From a virus (taxonomy: Duplodnaviria > Caudoviricetes), in the IMG/VR virus record IMGVR_UViG_3300029290_000002, positions 1 to 40,678 of that record: a stretch of DNA of 40,678 bases; one strand, given 5' to 3'. Below the pieces are notes generated by a model. The model was not told the origin of the DNA. It saw nothing but the letters and a program-made list of their open reading frames with translations, and did no database searches. Made by a program: the position numbers and the translations under genes. Position 1 is the stretch's first letter. The number at the start of each line of letters is the position of its first letter. Below are positions 25,695-34,407 of the stretch, piece by piece.

Positions 25695-26201
25695 ATGTTG
25701 GTACCCGAGACACTCTACAACTTCAACCTGTTCGTCGATGGCACGAACCTCGCCGGCCAAGCGTCGGAACTGACGCCGCCCAAGCTGAAGATCAAGACCG
25801 AGGACTATCGCGCAGGCGGCATGGACGCGCCCGTGAAGCTGGATATGGGCATGGAGGCGATGGAAGCGTCGTTCTCGCTCGTCACGCTGTCGACGGCCGT
25901 GCTCAAGCTGTTTGGCCTGGCCGACCAGAACGCCTTTAACGGCACCTTCCGTGGCGCCTTGCGCACCAAGGACGGCAAGACCCGCAGCGTCGTGCTCGTG
26001 CTGCGCGGCATGCTCTACGAGGTCGATCCGGGCTCGTGGAAGCCGGGCGAGAAGTCCGAATCCAAATACTCCGTCAGCGCCGATTACTACAAGCTCGAAA
26101 TCGACGGCCGCGTCTGGCACGAGATCGACGTGCTCGGCTGCAAGCGCGTCATTGACGGCGTCGACCAGCTCGCCGAAGTGCGCGCCGCCATCGGCCTGTG
26201 A
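25695..26201 (+). CDS. Tail tube protein (P2 FII-like)
   Basis: 'NFNLFVDG', 'PKL...TEDYRAGGMD', 'G.WKPG', 'YYKL', 'GVDQL'. Confidence 0.97.
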   Translation: MLVPETLYNFNLFVDGTNLAGQASELTPPKLKIKTEDYRAGGMDAPVKLDMGMEAMEASFSLVTLSTAVLKLFGLADQNAFNGTFRGALRTKDGKTRSVVLVLRGMLYEVDPGSWKPGEKSESKYSVSADYYKLEIDGRVWHEIDVLGCKRVIDGVDQLAEVRAAIGL

Positions 26202-26224
26202 GCCCCCACAAGAGACCCACCAAG

Positions 26225-26545
26225 ATGCAAACCACCACCATCAAGCTGAAGTTTCCCGCCGTCGTCAACGGCGTCAAGGTCGACGCGCTCACGCTACGCC
26301 AGCCCACCGTGCGCGACATGCGCGTCGCCGGCCAGCAGTCCGGCGGCGATGAAGAACTGCGCGAGATCCTGCTCTTCGCGTCGCTCGCCACCGCCGGCCA
26401 GAACGACATCGAGGGCTTAACCTACGTCGACTATCAGCGCGTGCAGCGCGGCTACTTTCGGCTGCTGGCCGACCGCGAGGCTGCCGATGCCGGACATCAA
26501 GCGGCTGACCAAGCGTCTGCTGTCGATGGGCGTCAGCCCGCGTGA
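26225..26545 (+). CDS. Tail assembly chaperone (gpE-like)
   Basis: Start ATG 26225; 'LTLRQPTVRD', 'DYQRVQRGYFRL'; between tube and tape measure. Confidence 0.9.
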   Translation: MQTTTIKLKFPAVVNGVKVDALTLRQPTVRDMRVAGQQSGGDEELREILLFASLATAGQNDIEGLTYVDYQRVQRGYFRLLADREAADAGHQAADQASAVDGRQPA

Positions 26546-26594
26546 CATTGACGCCATGACGGTCGACGACATGGTCTGGTGGTTGACCGACTGA
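26487..26594 (+). CDS. GpE'-like chaperone extension (35 aa from ATG; +1 frame open from 26421; not in ORF track)
   Basis: Translated by hand: MPDIKRLTKRLLSMGVSPRDIDAMTVDDMVWWLTD; 'P.DIDAM..DD..WW' is the typical GpE' motif. Confidence 0.8.
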   Translation: MPDIKRLTKRLLSMGVSPRDIDAMTVDDMVWWLTD

Positions 26595-26628
26595 CGCGGC
26601 AACGCAGCGCCACTCAGCAGGAGCACGG

Positions 26629-28941
26629 ATGGCAACAAAAGACATAGCGCTTGGCATCCTCATCGGTGGCGCGGTCAGCTCAACCTTGGGCCGTGCCGTC
26701 AACGAGGTCGGCACCAAGCTGGATGCACTCAAGAAGCGCGCGGGCGAGGCGCGTGTCTGGCAGAACACCATCGGCGAGACGCAGCGCCTGCAGCGCGAGT
26801 TTCGCGACCTGCACGCCGCCGGCGACAAGGCCGCCGATGCAGTGCGCCGCAAGATCGAACGCAATACGCGAGCGCTGCGCGATGCCGGGTTCGAGGTGGA
26901 TCGCCTAGACCGCTCGTATCAGCGTCTGGGCCGCACCGCGCGCGGGCTGGAGCTACGCGCACGCGGTGGCCAACTGGTGAGCGAAGGGCGCGACCGCCTG
27001 CGCAACACCATTGGCGACACCGGCAAGTTTGTCGCCGCCGCAGCGGTGCCGACCGCCATCTCGGCCGGCTACGAAGCCATCATCCGCGACATCGCCATCA
27101 AGGCCGGTGCCGCGCGCACCGACAAAGAGCGCGAGATGAGCAGCGGCATTGCCGCCTCCGCCCAGCAAAGCGGCATCGGCCGCAACGTGCTGGCAGATGC
27201 CGTCAACCAGATGGTGTCGGCCGGCATGGACGTCGACCGCGCGCTCTCGTTCGCGCCGCTGGTGGGCAAGTTCTCCGTCAGCCAGGGCGCAGACCCGAAG
27301 GAAACCGCGCGGATGATCCAGGCGCTCGAGCAGAACGCCAAAATATCCGACCCCGCCAAGATGGCGCAGGCGCTGGAAACCATCGCGTTTCAGGGCAAGG
27401 AAGGCTCGTTCGAATCGAGCGACATGGCCCGTTGGTTCCCGGTGCTGCTGGCGGATATGCAGAAGCTCGGCATTGTCGGTAACAGCTCCGTCGAGCAGCT
27501 CGGCGCGCTGCTGCAGGTGCAGATGAAAACTGCCGGCAGTGCAGATGAGGCCGCCAACAACACCAAGAATTGGTTCTCCAAGATCGGCAGCGGAGAAACG
27601 GCCGGCAACTACGCCAAGGCCGGCATCGACTACCAAGCCAAGATGCGCGAGGCCATCGGCAAGGGCTGGAGCACGATGGAAGCATCATTCGTGCTGGCCC
27701 GTGCCTACATCGAGCAGGCCGACCCGGAGAAAGCCAAGCAGCTTGCGGCCGCCGCGCAGCAGTTCAACAACGAATCCGACCCCGCCAAGCGCGAGGCGCA
27801 GATGCGCGCGTTTGCAGAGACGATGAAGACGGGCGACCTCTTCAACGACATGCAGGTCAAGGCCGCGCTGACGGCCTACATGCAGAACGCCGATCTGTAT
27901 CAGCGCTTAAAGAACGATGGCGCCAAGGCCGCCGGCGAGATCGAGAAAGACCTGGCCGACCGCCGCGATAGTTCCAAACAGAAATGGGCCGAGGTCGGGC
28001 AGGCGTGGGATGAAGCCATGCGCCGCATTGGCGATGCGCTCAAGCCCGTGACCGATTCGGTGGCGGATCTCGCCGCTGGCGCCGGCACCTCTGTCGGCAA
28101 GCTGGCGGCCGAGTCGCCCAAAGCCACGGTCGCCATCGGCGGTGTGCTGGCGTCGATTCTGGCGTTCAGGACCGGCCGGGCTGTATGGAAGATCGGCAAG
28201 GGCGTGGCTGACATCGGGCGGGGCACTGCCGTTGCAGCAGGCGTTGGCCGCGCGGCCGAGGTGGCTGGCACCGCCGCCAAAGTGGCGCCGGCCGCAGCGA
28301 AGGCGCCGGGCGTGTTCGGTGCTTCGGGCCGGTTCCTGAAAGGTGCAGCGCCCAAGCTGGGCAAGATCGGCGCTGTCGCTGGCGTTCTGGCGCTGGTGGG
28401 CACGGCCGGCATGGCAAGCGCAGAAGCGGCAGAACGCCCCGGCACCAAGGCTGACAAGGCCAAAGCCATCGCCGGCATTGGCGCAGGCCTCGCGGGTGAG
28501 CTTGCTGGCGGAGCGGCGGGCCGCACCATTGGCGCGATCGCCGGCACTGCCATCGCAGGCCCCATCGGCACCGTTGTTGGCGGACTGCTCGGCGGCATGC
28601 TCGGTTCGTACCTGGGCGGCAAGGCCAGCAGTGCACTAGCCGACCGTGCCCTCAGCGACAAGAAGCCCGACGCCGCGCCACCGGCAGGCGCACCCGTCCT
28701 GCCCGCCGGCGCGCAGGAAGCGCTCGGCACGGCGCAGGCAGCCGCCAATGCGCCGCCAGCACCGCAACTGCAGTTCGACCAGCGGTTCGAGTTCGCGCCG
28801 CAAATCGCCGTGACAGTGCAGGGCGACGTCAAAGACCCGCGCCAGCTCGCAGAGGCGTTGATGCCGCACCTGCGCCGCCAGTTCGACGAATACGCCGCGC
28901 AGCAACGCCGGGCCGCCATGTCGGATGGCTCGCACGTGTAA
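26629..28941 (+). CDS. Tail tape measure protein
   Basis: 770 aa Ala/Gly-rich helical protein, 'GKEGSFE..DMARWFP', glycine-zipper 'GPIGTVVGGLLGGMLG'. Confidence 0.95.
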   Translation: MATKDIALGILIGGAVSSTLGRAVNEVGTKLDALKKRAGEARVWQNTIGETQRLQREFRDLHAAGDKAADAVRRKIERNTRALRDAGFEVDRLDRSYQRLGRTARGLELRARGGQLVSEGRDRLRNTIGDTGKFVAAAAVPTAISAGYEAIIRDIAIKAGAARTDKEREMSSGIAASAQQSGIGRNVLADAVNQMVSAGMDVDRALSFAPLVGKFSVSQGADPKETARMIQALEQNAKISDPAKMAQALETIAFQGKEGSFESSDMARWFPVLLADMQKLGIVGNSSVEQLGALLQVQMKTAGSADEAANNTKNWFSKIGSGETAGNYAKAGIDYQAKMREAIGKGWSTMEASFVLARAYIEQADPEKAKQLAAAAQQFNNESDPAKREAQMRAFAETMKTGDLFNDMQVKAALTAYMQNADLYQRLKNDGAKAAGEIEKDLADRRDSSKQKWAEVGQAWDEAMRRIGDALKPVTDSVADLAAGAGTSVGKLAAESPKATVAIGGVLASILAFRTGRAVWKIGKGVADIGRGTAVAAGVGRAAEVAGTAAKVAPAAAKAPGVFGASGRFLKGAAPKLGKIGAVAGVLALVGTAGMASAEAAERPGTKADKAKAIAGIGAGLAGELAGGAAGRTIGAIAGTAIAGPIGTVVGGLLGGMLGSYLGGKASSALADRALSDKKPDAAPPAGAPVLPAGAQEALGTAQAAANAPPAPQLQFDQRFEFAPQIAVTVQGDVKDPRQLAEALMPHLRRQFDEYAAQQRRAAMSDGSHV

Positions 28942-28953
28942 CGGGAACACACC

Positions 28954-29832
28954 ATGGATTTTCAGAAGTTCGCATCCGCAGCGGCCACGCATGCGGCGCG
29001 CGCTGCCGAGCATGTCCGCCAGATGGAGCGGTTGTTCGACAAGCCTGACGGCACCGGCGATGCAAACGCACGGCGCCGTGAGGCGCAGGCCTTGGGTGAC
29101 TTGATCGCCGCCGGCAGCGCGCTTGTCAACGCCGGGGAAGCCATTGGCGGTACCGGTCGCGTGACAGCGGTTAGAGGCGCGGCACAGCGTGCCCTCAACC
29201 TGACCGACGCCGCGCTGGGCGCCATCCACCGCACCGCCGTTGGCGAGCGGTTCAACACCGTCCTGCGCGCCGCCCAAACCACTGGCGACGCACTGGCAAC
29301 CGTGCGCCGCCGCCTCGATGCCGTGCTGCCCGCCGTCACGCCCAACGTGCGGAGCCTGGTGCCCAGCTACGCGCTGGGCCCGGACAAGATCCTCGGCGCA
29401 GGCCAATCCGCAGGCGCCACCGAACGCCTGCTCGTACTGTCGACGGACGACGGCGAGCAATTCCAGTTCGGCCTCTCCACGGCTGCATACGACCGCCTGC
29501 GTCGCGAGACCCGCTACAACATCGCCGCGCAAGAACGCATCCAGCGGCAAGAGGCATTGCAGGCCGTGGGCGCGGGCGGCGACACCATCACCGTATCGGG
29601 CGCCATCTTCACCGCCGGCGGCGCGGGGGCAGGGCAGCTTGATCGCCTGCGTGCCATCGGTGCTGCGCTCAAGCCCGTGCAGCTCACCACCGGCTCCGGC
29701 GACGTGCTTGGCCGCTACTTCCTCGACCGCGTGGGCGAAGAGCAAGTCGGCCTGCTGGCCGACGGCACGCCGCGCAAACAAGGTTTCGATTTGGAGTTCC
29801 GACGCTATGGCGATGACTATCAGAACATCTGA
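28954..29832 (+). CDS. Tail protein gpU-like with N-terminal extension
   Basis: C-terminal 'F.FGLSTAAYD.L.R', 'LQAVG.G.DTITVSG', 'G.PRKQ.F.LEF.RYG'. Confidence 0.9.
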   Translation: MDFQKFASAAATHAARAAEHVRQMERLFDKPDGTGDANARRREAQALGDLIAAGSALVNAGEAIGGTGRVTAVRGAAQRALNLTDAALGAIHRTAVGERFNTVLRAAQTTGDALATVRRRLDAVLPAVTPNVRSLVPSYALGPDKILGAGQSAGATERLLVLSTDDGEQFQFGLSTAAYDRLRRETRYNIAAQERIQRQEALQAVGAGGDTITVSGAIFTAGGAGAGQLDRLRAIGAALKPVQLTTGSGDVLGRYFLDRVGEEQVGLLADGTPRKQGFDLEFRRYGDDYQNI

Positions 29833-30013
29833 CGGCGACGTGCTCGACGTGCTGTGCTACCGCGCATACGGCACGCTGGCCGGCACGGTGGAAGCTGTGC
29901 TCGATGCCAACCCCGGCCTCGCTGCGCGGCGCCAGCCGTACGCCGCCGGCGTGGAGATCTTCCTGCCTGACCTCACGCCCGCGCGTGATGAGCCCATCCA
30001 GCTTTGGACGTAG
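29807..30013 (+). CDS. Tail protein X
   Basis: 'GDVLDVLC..AYG....VEAVLDANPGL', ends 'IQLW'. Confidence 0.93.
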   Translation: MAMTIRTSDGDVLDVLCYRAYGTLAGTVEAVLDANPGLAARRQPYAAGVEIFLPDLTPARDEPIQLWT

Positions 30014-30016
30014 CGC

Positions 30017-31084
30017 ATGGAAGCCCAATTCGAAGTCCTGGCAGACGGCCAAGACATCACTGCGCTGCTGCGCGATCGCGTGCTGGAGATCCGCCTGACC
30101 GACAAGCCCGGCATGGAAGCCGACCGCTGCGAGATCCGTCTGGATGACCGCGACGGCAAAATCGCCTTCCCGCCCAAGGGCGCCAAGCTGCGCATTTCGT
30201 TCGGCTGGGCCGGCAAGGGCCTGTCCACGCGCGGCACATACGCCGTTGACGAGATCGAGCTGAGCGGCCCGCCCGCCACCATCGTGATACGCGGCAAGCC
30301 GGCGGACATGCGCGCCACCGCCAAGGCGCAGCGCAACGCCAGCTACACCGGCACCACGCTGGCCGCCATCGTGGCGAGCGTGGCCGCGCGGCACGGTTGG
30401 AAGCCCGCTTGCACGATCGAGGCGCACATCGAGCGCGCTGACCAGTTTGGTGAGAGCGATCTGCATTTCATCACCCGGCTTGCGCGTCAGTACGGCGGCA
30501 CAGCAACGGTCAAGGGCGGCAGGCTCATCGTCGCCCCGCGCGGCGGCGGCAAGTCAGCAGACGGCAAGCCGCTGGCGCCCATCGTGCTGCGGCCGTCAGA
30601 CCTCATGCGCTACCGGCTGACGTTCCCAGACCGCAGCAGCGTTGGCGGCGTCAGAACCCGCGCGCACGATGCCAAGACCGGCCGCAAGATAGATCTCTAC
30701 ATCCCCAACCCGGACACGCCCAACGGCCCACCGGCGCAGGCCACGCACACCGACCGACACGTGCACGCCAGCCCGCAGGCAGCAAAAGCCGCCGCCAAGG
30801 CCAAGCTGCAAGACATGAACCGCAGCACCGCCGAAGGCGAGCTGGAGATGATGGGCCGCGGCGATATCAGCGCCGAGAAAACGCTGCGCCTGGAAGGCTT
30901 CAAAGCCCAAGCCGACGGCGACTACCTGGCCGACACGGTCACGCACATCTACGCCAACAAAAGCTGGCTGGTGAACGTGAGCCTGAACGGCGGCAACAGC
31001 GGCAAGGCCAAGGCGGGGCAGGCGAAGCCCAAGAAGGCGGCCAAGGTCACCAACCTGGTCATTCCCGCGCCGCCCAAGCAATAA
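30017..31084 (+). CDS. Late control / baseplate hub protein gpD
   Basis: 'DITALLRDR', 'LDDRDG', 'VDEIELSGPP', 'DQFGESDLHFITRLA'. Confidence 0.95.
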   Translation: MEAQFEVLADGQDITALLRDRVLEIRLTDKPGMEADRCEIRLDDRDGKIAFPPKGAKLRISFGWAGKGLSTRGTYAVDEIELSGPPATIVIRGKPADMRATAKAQRNASYTGTTLAAIVASVAARHGWKPACTIEAHIERADQFGESDLHFITRLARQYGGTATVKGGRLIVAPRGGGKSADGKPLAPIVLRPSDLMRYRLTFPDRSSVGGVRTRAHDAKTGRKIDLYIPNPDTPNGPPAQATHTDRHVHASPQAAKAAAKAKLQDMNRSTAEGELEMMGRGDISAEKTLRLEGFKAQADGDYLADTVTHIYANKSWLVNVSLNGGNSGKAKAGQAKPKKAAKVTNLVIPAPPKQ

Positions 31085-31119
31085 GACATACCCGTTCGCA
31101 GTTTCGAGCGCATCCAAAC

Positions 31120-31148
31120 AGCCCGCCACCCGGCGGGCTTTTTCTTTT
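31120..31148 (+). terminator. Intrinsic terminator before the lysis cassette
   Basis: AGCCCGCC-ACCC-GGCGGGCT + TTTTCTTTT. Confidence 0.9.
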
Positions 31149-31155
31149 CCAAGCC

Positions 31156-31794
31156 ATGAACAAACAATCCTTCAGCAAGGCCGCAGCCTTGCCGCCTGCG
31201 CTCGCCGATCGCTGGTGGCCGCACATCGAGGCCACGTGCAAGCGCTTCGGCATCTCCACGCCCGCACAACAGGCGGCCTTTATCGCGCAGATCGGCCACG
31301 AGTCCGGCGGCTTCACGCGCGTAACGGAATCCTTCAACTACGCCGTGGCGGCACTGCCCGGCATGTTCTCGCGCGTCACGCCCGCCTTGGCGGCCACGCT
31401 CGGCCGGCAGCCGGGCGAACGCGCGGTGCCGCTCGAGCGGCAGCAGCGCATTGCCAACATCGCCTATGCAAACCGCTACGGCAACGGCGATGCCGCCAGT
31501 GGAGACGGCTGGCGGTACCGGGGCCGCGGGCTCAAGCAAATCACCTTCCTGGCCAACTACCGCGAGTGCGGCCACGCGCTGGATCTCGATCTCGTTGCGC
31601 GGCCCGAGCTGCTGGAGCGGGACGACACCGCCGCGCTCTCTGCCGGCTGGTACTGGTGGGCCTTCGGGCTCGGCAAGCTGGCCGACGCCGGCAAGTTCGA
31701 CGAAATCACGCGCCGCATCAACGGCCCCGCCATGGAAGGGGCGGAAGCGCGCCGCGCCCGCTGGACGGTGGCCAAACAAGCATTGGGAGCATAG
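31156..31794 (+). CDS. Endolysin, glycoside hydrolase family 19
   Basis: 'AAFIAQIGHESGGF', 'GDGWRYRGRGLKQIT', 'ITRRING'. Confidence 0.95.
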   Translation: MNKQSFSKAAALPPALADRWWPHIEATCKRFGISTPAQQAAFIAQIGHESGGFTRVTESFNYAVAALPGMFSRVTPALAATLGRQPGERAVPLERQQRIANIAYANRYGNGDAASGDGWRYRGRGLKQITFLANYRECGHALDLDLVARPELLERDDTAALSAGWYWWAFGLGKLADAGKFDEITRRINGPAMEGAEARRARWTVAKQALGA

Positions 31795-32139
31795 ATGGCA
31801 CAGCCAACAGGTTGGGGCGCGCTGCTGCGCGTGTTGGACACGATTCTGCCCAGCGCAGCCGGCGCGCTGGTGTCGCTGCGGTTCATTCCGGGTACGCCCG
31901 TGCAACGCGTGGCTTCGTTGCTGCTGGGCGTGGTGTGCGCGCATTACCTCGGCAACGGCGTGATTGGCTTGTGGCAGGTGCCAACGGGGCTGGTGTCGGA
32001 TGCAGTCAAGTTCATCGCCGGCGTGTTCGGGCTGACCATCGTCGGCTACGCATACGGCGAGCTTCCGGCGCTGCGGCGCCTGGTGCACGACTGGCTGCAG
32101 CAGGCAGCACAACGCTGGACAGGAGGCCGCAAGGAATGA
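31795..32139 (+). CDS. Holin
   Basis: 114 aa, three hydrophobic segments, 'GALVSLRF'; directly after the endolysin. Confidence 0.8.
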   Translation: MAQPTGWGALLRVLDTILPSAAGALVSLRFIPGTPVQRVASLLLGVVCAHYLGNGVIGLWQVPTGLVSDAVKFIAGVFGLTIVGYAYGELPALRRLVHDWLQQAAQRWTGGRKE

Positions 32140-32654
32140 CGCTCACCCAAAACGACGTGCTCACCGCCATCGACATCGTGGCGCTCGTGGCCATCTGCGC
32201 GGGCGCCGCGTGGTCTGCGCTCACGCAGGCCATTCCGCACGGGCTGCGCGGCGCGTTGCTGCTGTGCGCAGTTGCCCTGTGCGCGCTCGGCAGCGCCGCC
32301 GCCTCCCTCCACGCCCATCGCGACATCGCCACCGTGCAACTGCATTGCGTGCTGGCGGTGGCGGGGCTGTGGGTCACGTACATCATCCGACAAGGCAAAG
32401 CCCATGAACTTCGCAATCGTCCGGCTCCTGGCAGTGGCAGCGGTGGCTGCAGCAGCCGCGTGGGGCTGGCAGGCCAACCGATACGAAACCGCCATCGCGC
32501 AGATCCAGCGCGACCACGCCATCGAGCGCCAGACCGCCGTCGATACCGTCGTGACGGCGCTGCAGGCTGCCATCGACAAGCACCGGCAGCTTACCGACCA
32601 GCTCGACGCGCTCGACCGTACCCATTTCTCGGAGATGCAACGTGCCACCGCTGA
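32136..32654 (+). CDS. Second lysis-cassette membrane protein (holin/antiholin-like, 3 TM in first ~85 aa)
   Basis: ATGA overlap with the holin stop; three hydrophobic helices, then the frame stays open about 250 nt into Rz. Confidence 0.7.
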   Translation: MTLTQNDVLTAIDIVALVAICAGAAWSALTQAIPHGLRGALLLCAVALCALGSAAASLHAHRDIATVQLHCVLAVAGLWVTYIIRQGKAHELRNRPAPGSGSGGCSSRVGLAGQPIRNRHRADPARPRHRAPDRRRYRRDGAAGCHRQAPAAYRPARRARPYPFLGDATCHR

Positions 32655-32988
32655 AAACACGCGCCTGCAGCGCGCTCTTGCTGCTGGCACTGTACGGATG
32701 TCAGTGCGCGCCCGTTGCCAGCCCGACGCCCGTGCCAGCGCAGGTGAGGATCAGCCCGGCGCCGGCCTGGGCGATGGAGCCGCCGGCCGATGTGAGTTAT
32801 CTGGAGAGGATGCAGCGGATCTTGTCGATCTCTTCGCCGGGGCAGAGCGGGATGCGGAGAAACTGAGATACTTGCAGGCGCGTGAGCGTGCGCTTGAGGG
32901 AGCGGGTGCTTGTGTTCAGCCCGGAGGGGTGAACAGCTCGGGCGAGCGTGAGCGTCCGCTATCGGCTAACTGCGGACGTTCATACTAA
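32404..32988 (+). CDS. Rz: i-spanin Rz
   Basis: Start ATG 32404; N-terminal TM, coiled coil, 'LAAGTVRMSVRARC', 'KLRYLQ'. Confidence 0.9.
   Translation: MNFAIVRLLAVAAVAAAAAWGWQANRYETAIAQIQRDHAIERQTAVDTVVTALQAAIDKHRQLTDQLDALDRTHFSEMQRATAENTRLQRALAAGTVRMSVRARCQPDARASAGEDQPGAGLGDGAAGRCELSGEDAADLVDLFAGAERDAEKLRYLQARERALEGAGACVQPGGVNSSGERERPLSANCGRSY
32642..32866 (+). CDS. Rz1: o-spanin Rz1 lipoprotein embedded in Rz (+1 frame)
   Basis: GTG after GGAG; lipobox 'LLLLALYGC'; Pro-rich 'PAPAWAMEPP'. Confidence 0.9.
   Translation: MPPLKTRACSALLLLALYGCQCAPVASPTPVPAQVRISPAPAWAMEPPADVSYLERMQRILSISSPGQSGMRRN
32953..32980. repeat. 28-bp imperfect palindrome, left copy
   Basis: CGTCCGCTATCGGCTAACTGCGGACGTT (stem CGTCCGC/GCGGACG); 20/28 identical to 33439-33466. 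Confidence 0.7.
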
Positions 32989-33017
32989 CTACACGTGGGC
33001 TACCAACGGTGAGGTGA

Positions 33018-33389
33018 ATGGTGAGCAAAGACGAAGCGTTGAGGCAGTTCGAAGACCAGTTGCTTCACGCAGAACATGTGCTAAACACCGAATACTCGTT
33101 CGATTTAGCAGAGCCTGACTACCTGCGTTGCTTAGAGCTCATCAATGGCGCGCCGGAGCTTCAAGCTCAATTCGAAGACACGCTCATTGCGCTGTTTTCA
33201 AACGGGAGGGTGAGCGCCGAGCCACTAGCCTACTTGATGCATAGGTTGCGTTGGCCAAAGGTACATGCCTGGGCGGAAGAACAACTTCGTGCCATGCCGA
33301 ACCCGCTCGCAAATGGTGCGTCGTTGGAAAAAGTGCTCAACGCGTACAGTGCCCGTTGGGAAAATCGGGAGTTCTATCGCGGCATTTAG
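33018..33389 (+). CDS. Hypothetical all-helical protein (123 aa), accessory cassette
   Basis: GAGGTG SD; codon usage visibly more AT-rich than lysis genes; flanked by related palindromes. Confidence 0.8.
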   Translation: MVSKDEALRQFEDQLLHAEHVLNTEYSFDLAEPDYLRCLELINGAPELQAQFEDTLIALFSNGRVSAEPLAYLMHRLRWPKVHAWAEEQLRAMPNPLANGASLEKVLNAYSARWENREFYRGI

Positions 33390-33438
33390 GCCGCCTCGGT
33401 ATGGTTTGGTATAACGGGGGCGTGCGCTGTTCGATAGA

Positions 33439-33466
33439 CGTCTGCTCGCGGCCAAGAGCGGTCATT
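33439..33466. repeat. 28-bp imperfect palindrome, right copy
   Basis: CGTCTGCTCGCGGCCAAGAGCGGTCATT; direct-orientation relative of 32953-32980. Confidence 0.7.
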
Positions 33467-33521
33467 GCAAATGACCCGCACCGCAGCCAACCAGCTAGCG
33501 GTGCGAGCCCCATCCCACCCC

Positions 33522-34160
33522 CTACACCCCCGCCTCAATCAAATCCGAAATCTGCACCGACGCGCGCGCAAAGTCAGTCAGCGCGCGGGCGCGCTTGTGC
33601 CGATAGCTGCCGGCGGAGATGACGACGGGTTCTTTGGCTTCGTCGTCCTGCAGAACGATGAGCATGCCGGTGTAGCGGTCTGCCTGGTAGATGTGTTTGT
33701 TGAGCAGTTGCAGCGCGCGCTCGACGTCGGCGGGGTAGAGGCTGGCGAGGTCGGCGGGTGTGCGGGCGGTGGCGGGCGCGGCGTCGATGCACGGTTGTGC
33801 CGTGAACTGGCCGGTCTTGCGGATGGCGGGCAGGACGATGGATGTGACCCACTTGCGGAAGCGGTGTGGGACGGTGCCGGGTTTCACGGCGTCGCGGCAG
33901 CGGAGGACGAGGGTGTACATGCCGGATTCGCTCACGATATGGGCTGCGCCCTGACGACCTATGTTGAACATAGACCGTTCATCTTGATCAAGCCGGGCAA
34001 TGACTTGCGAGGCGTTTTGAATGTTGAGCGCGTCGCAGATGTCGGTCGCGACAAACCACGGCTCATCGTCACGCATGACAACGCGCACCGCGTGCGATTC
34101 GAAATTGAAGGTGTTCGGGGTAGGGGCGAGCGCGGGCGCGCTGCTGAGATTTCCAGTCAT
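33522..34160 (-). CDS. Bro-N domain antirepressor (212 aa)
   Basis: Start ATG 34160 after CAGGAG; 'FNFESHAVRVV....EPWFVATDIC', 'VSESGMYTLVLR', 'FRKWVT..VLPAIRKTG'. Confidence 0.93.
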   Translation of the reverse strand: MTGNLSSAPALAPTPNTFNFESHAVRVVMRDDEPWFVATDICDALNIQNASQVIARLDQDERSMFNIGRQGAAHIVSESGMYTLVLRCRDAVKPGTVPHRFRKWVTSIVLPAIRKTGQFTAQPCIDAAPATARTPADLASLYPADVERALQLLNKHIYQADRYTGMLIVLQDDEAKEPVVISAGSYRHKRARALTDFARASVQISDLIEAGV

Positions 34161-34215
34161 AGCAGACTCCTGAGTTGCGGTAAGTGGGCCGCCCCGCTCG
34201 CTGTCAATCGAGGGT

Positions 34216-34290
34216 GGGGCGGAACCGAACAGGTTGACAGACCGGAACTCAGGAACCGGCAGGGCCGAAGCCCTCCTATCCGGCCCGCCC
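34216..34290 (-). ncRNA. C4-type antisense RNA (P1 c4-like)
   Basis: Minus strand GGGCGG...AGGGC-TTCG-GCCCT, CCGG-TTCCTGAGTT-CCGG, CTGTCAA...CCGCCCC; exposed TCCTGAGTT and CTGTCAA are complementary to targets both upstream and downstream on the same transcript. Confidence 0.85.
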
Positions 34291-34310
34291 ATAGGAGTGC
34301 CAGACGTGCG

Positions 34311-34346
34311 CAAACAAAAAGCCGCGCGTAAAAACGAAGCGCGGCT
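34311..34346 (-). terminator. Terminator/attenuator between the upstream C4 target sites and the C4 RNA
   Basis: Minus strand AGCCGCGC-loop-GCGCGGCT + TTTTGTTT. Confidence 0.75.
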
Positions 34347-34407
34347 GATGTGCGCCTGAGTATTCCGGGCTGTCACCCCCGTGTGCCGCTGTTTCGGCAA
34401 CCGGCCG

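Noticed and set aside
28954-29420. N-terminal extension on gpU as a novelty
   Set aside because: Long gpU-like proteins of similar size are known in P2-like and R-pyocin-type tails
11554-32112. Many long antisense or alternate-frame ORFs over structural genes (e.g. 11554..13113, 13916..15622, 24438..26120, 31215..32135)
   Set aside because: Typical stop-poor shadow ORFs in high-GC DNA; the plus-strand genes carry the conserved motifs
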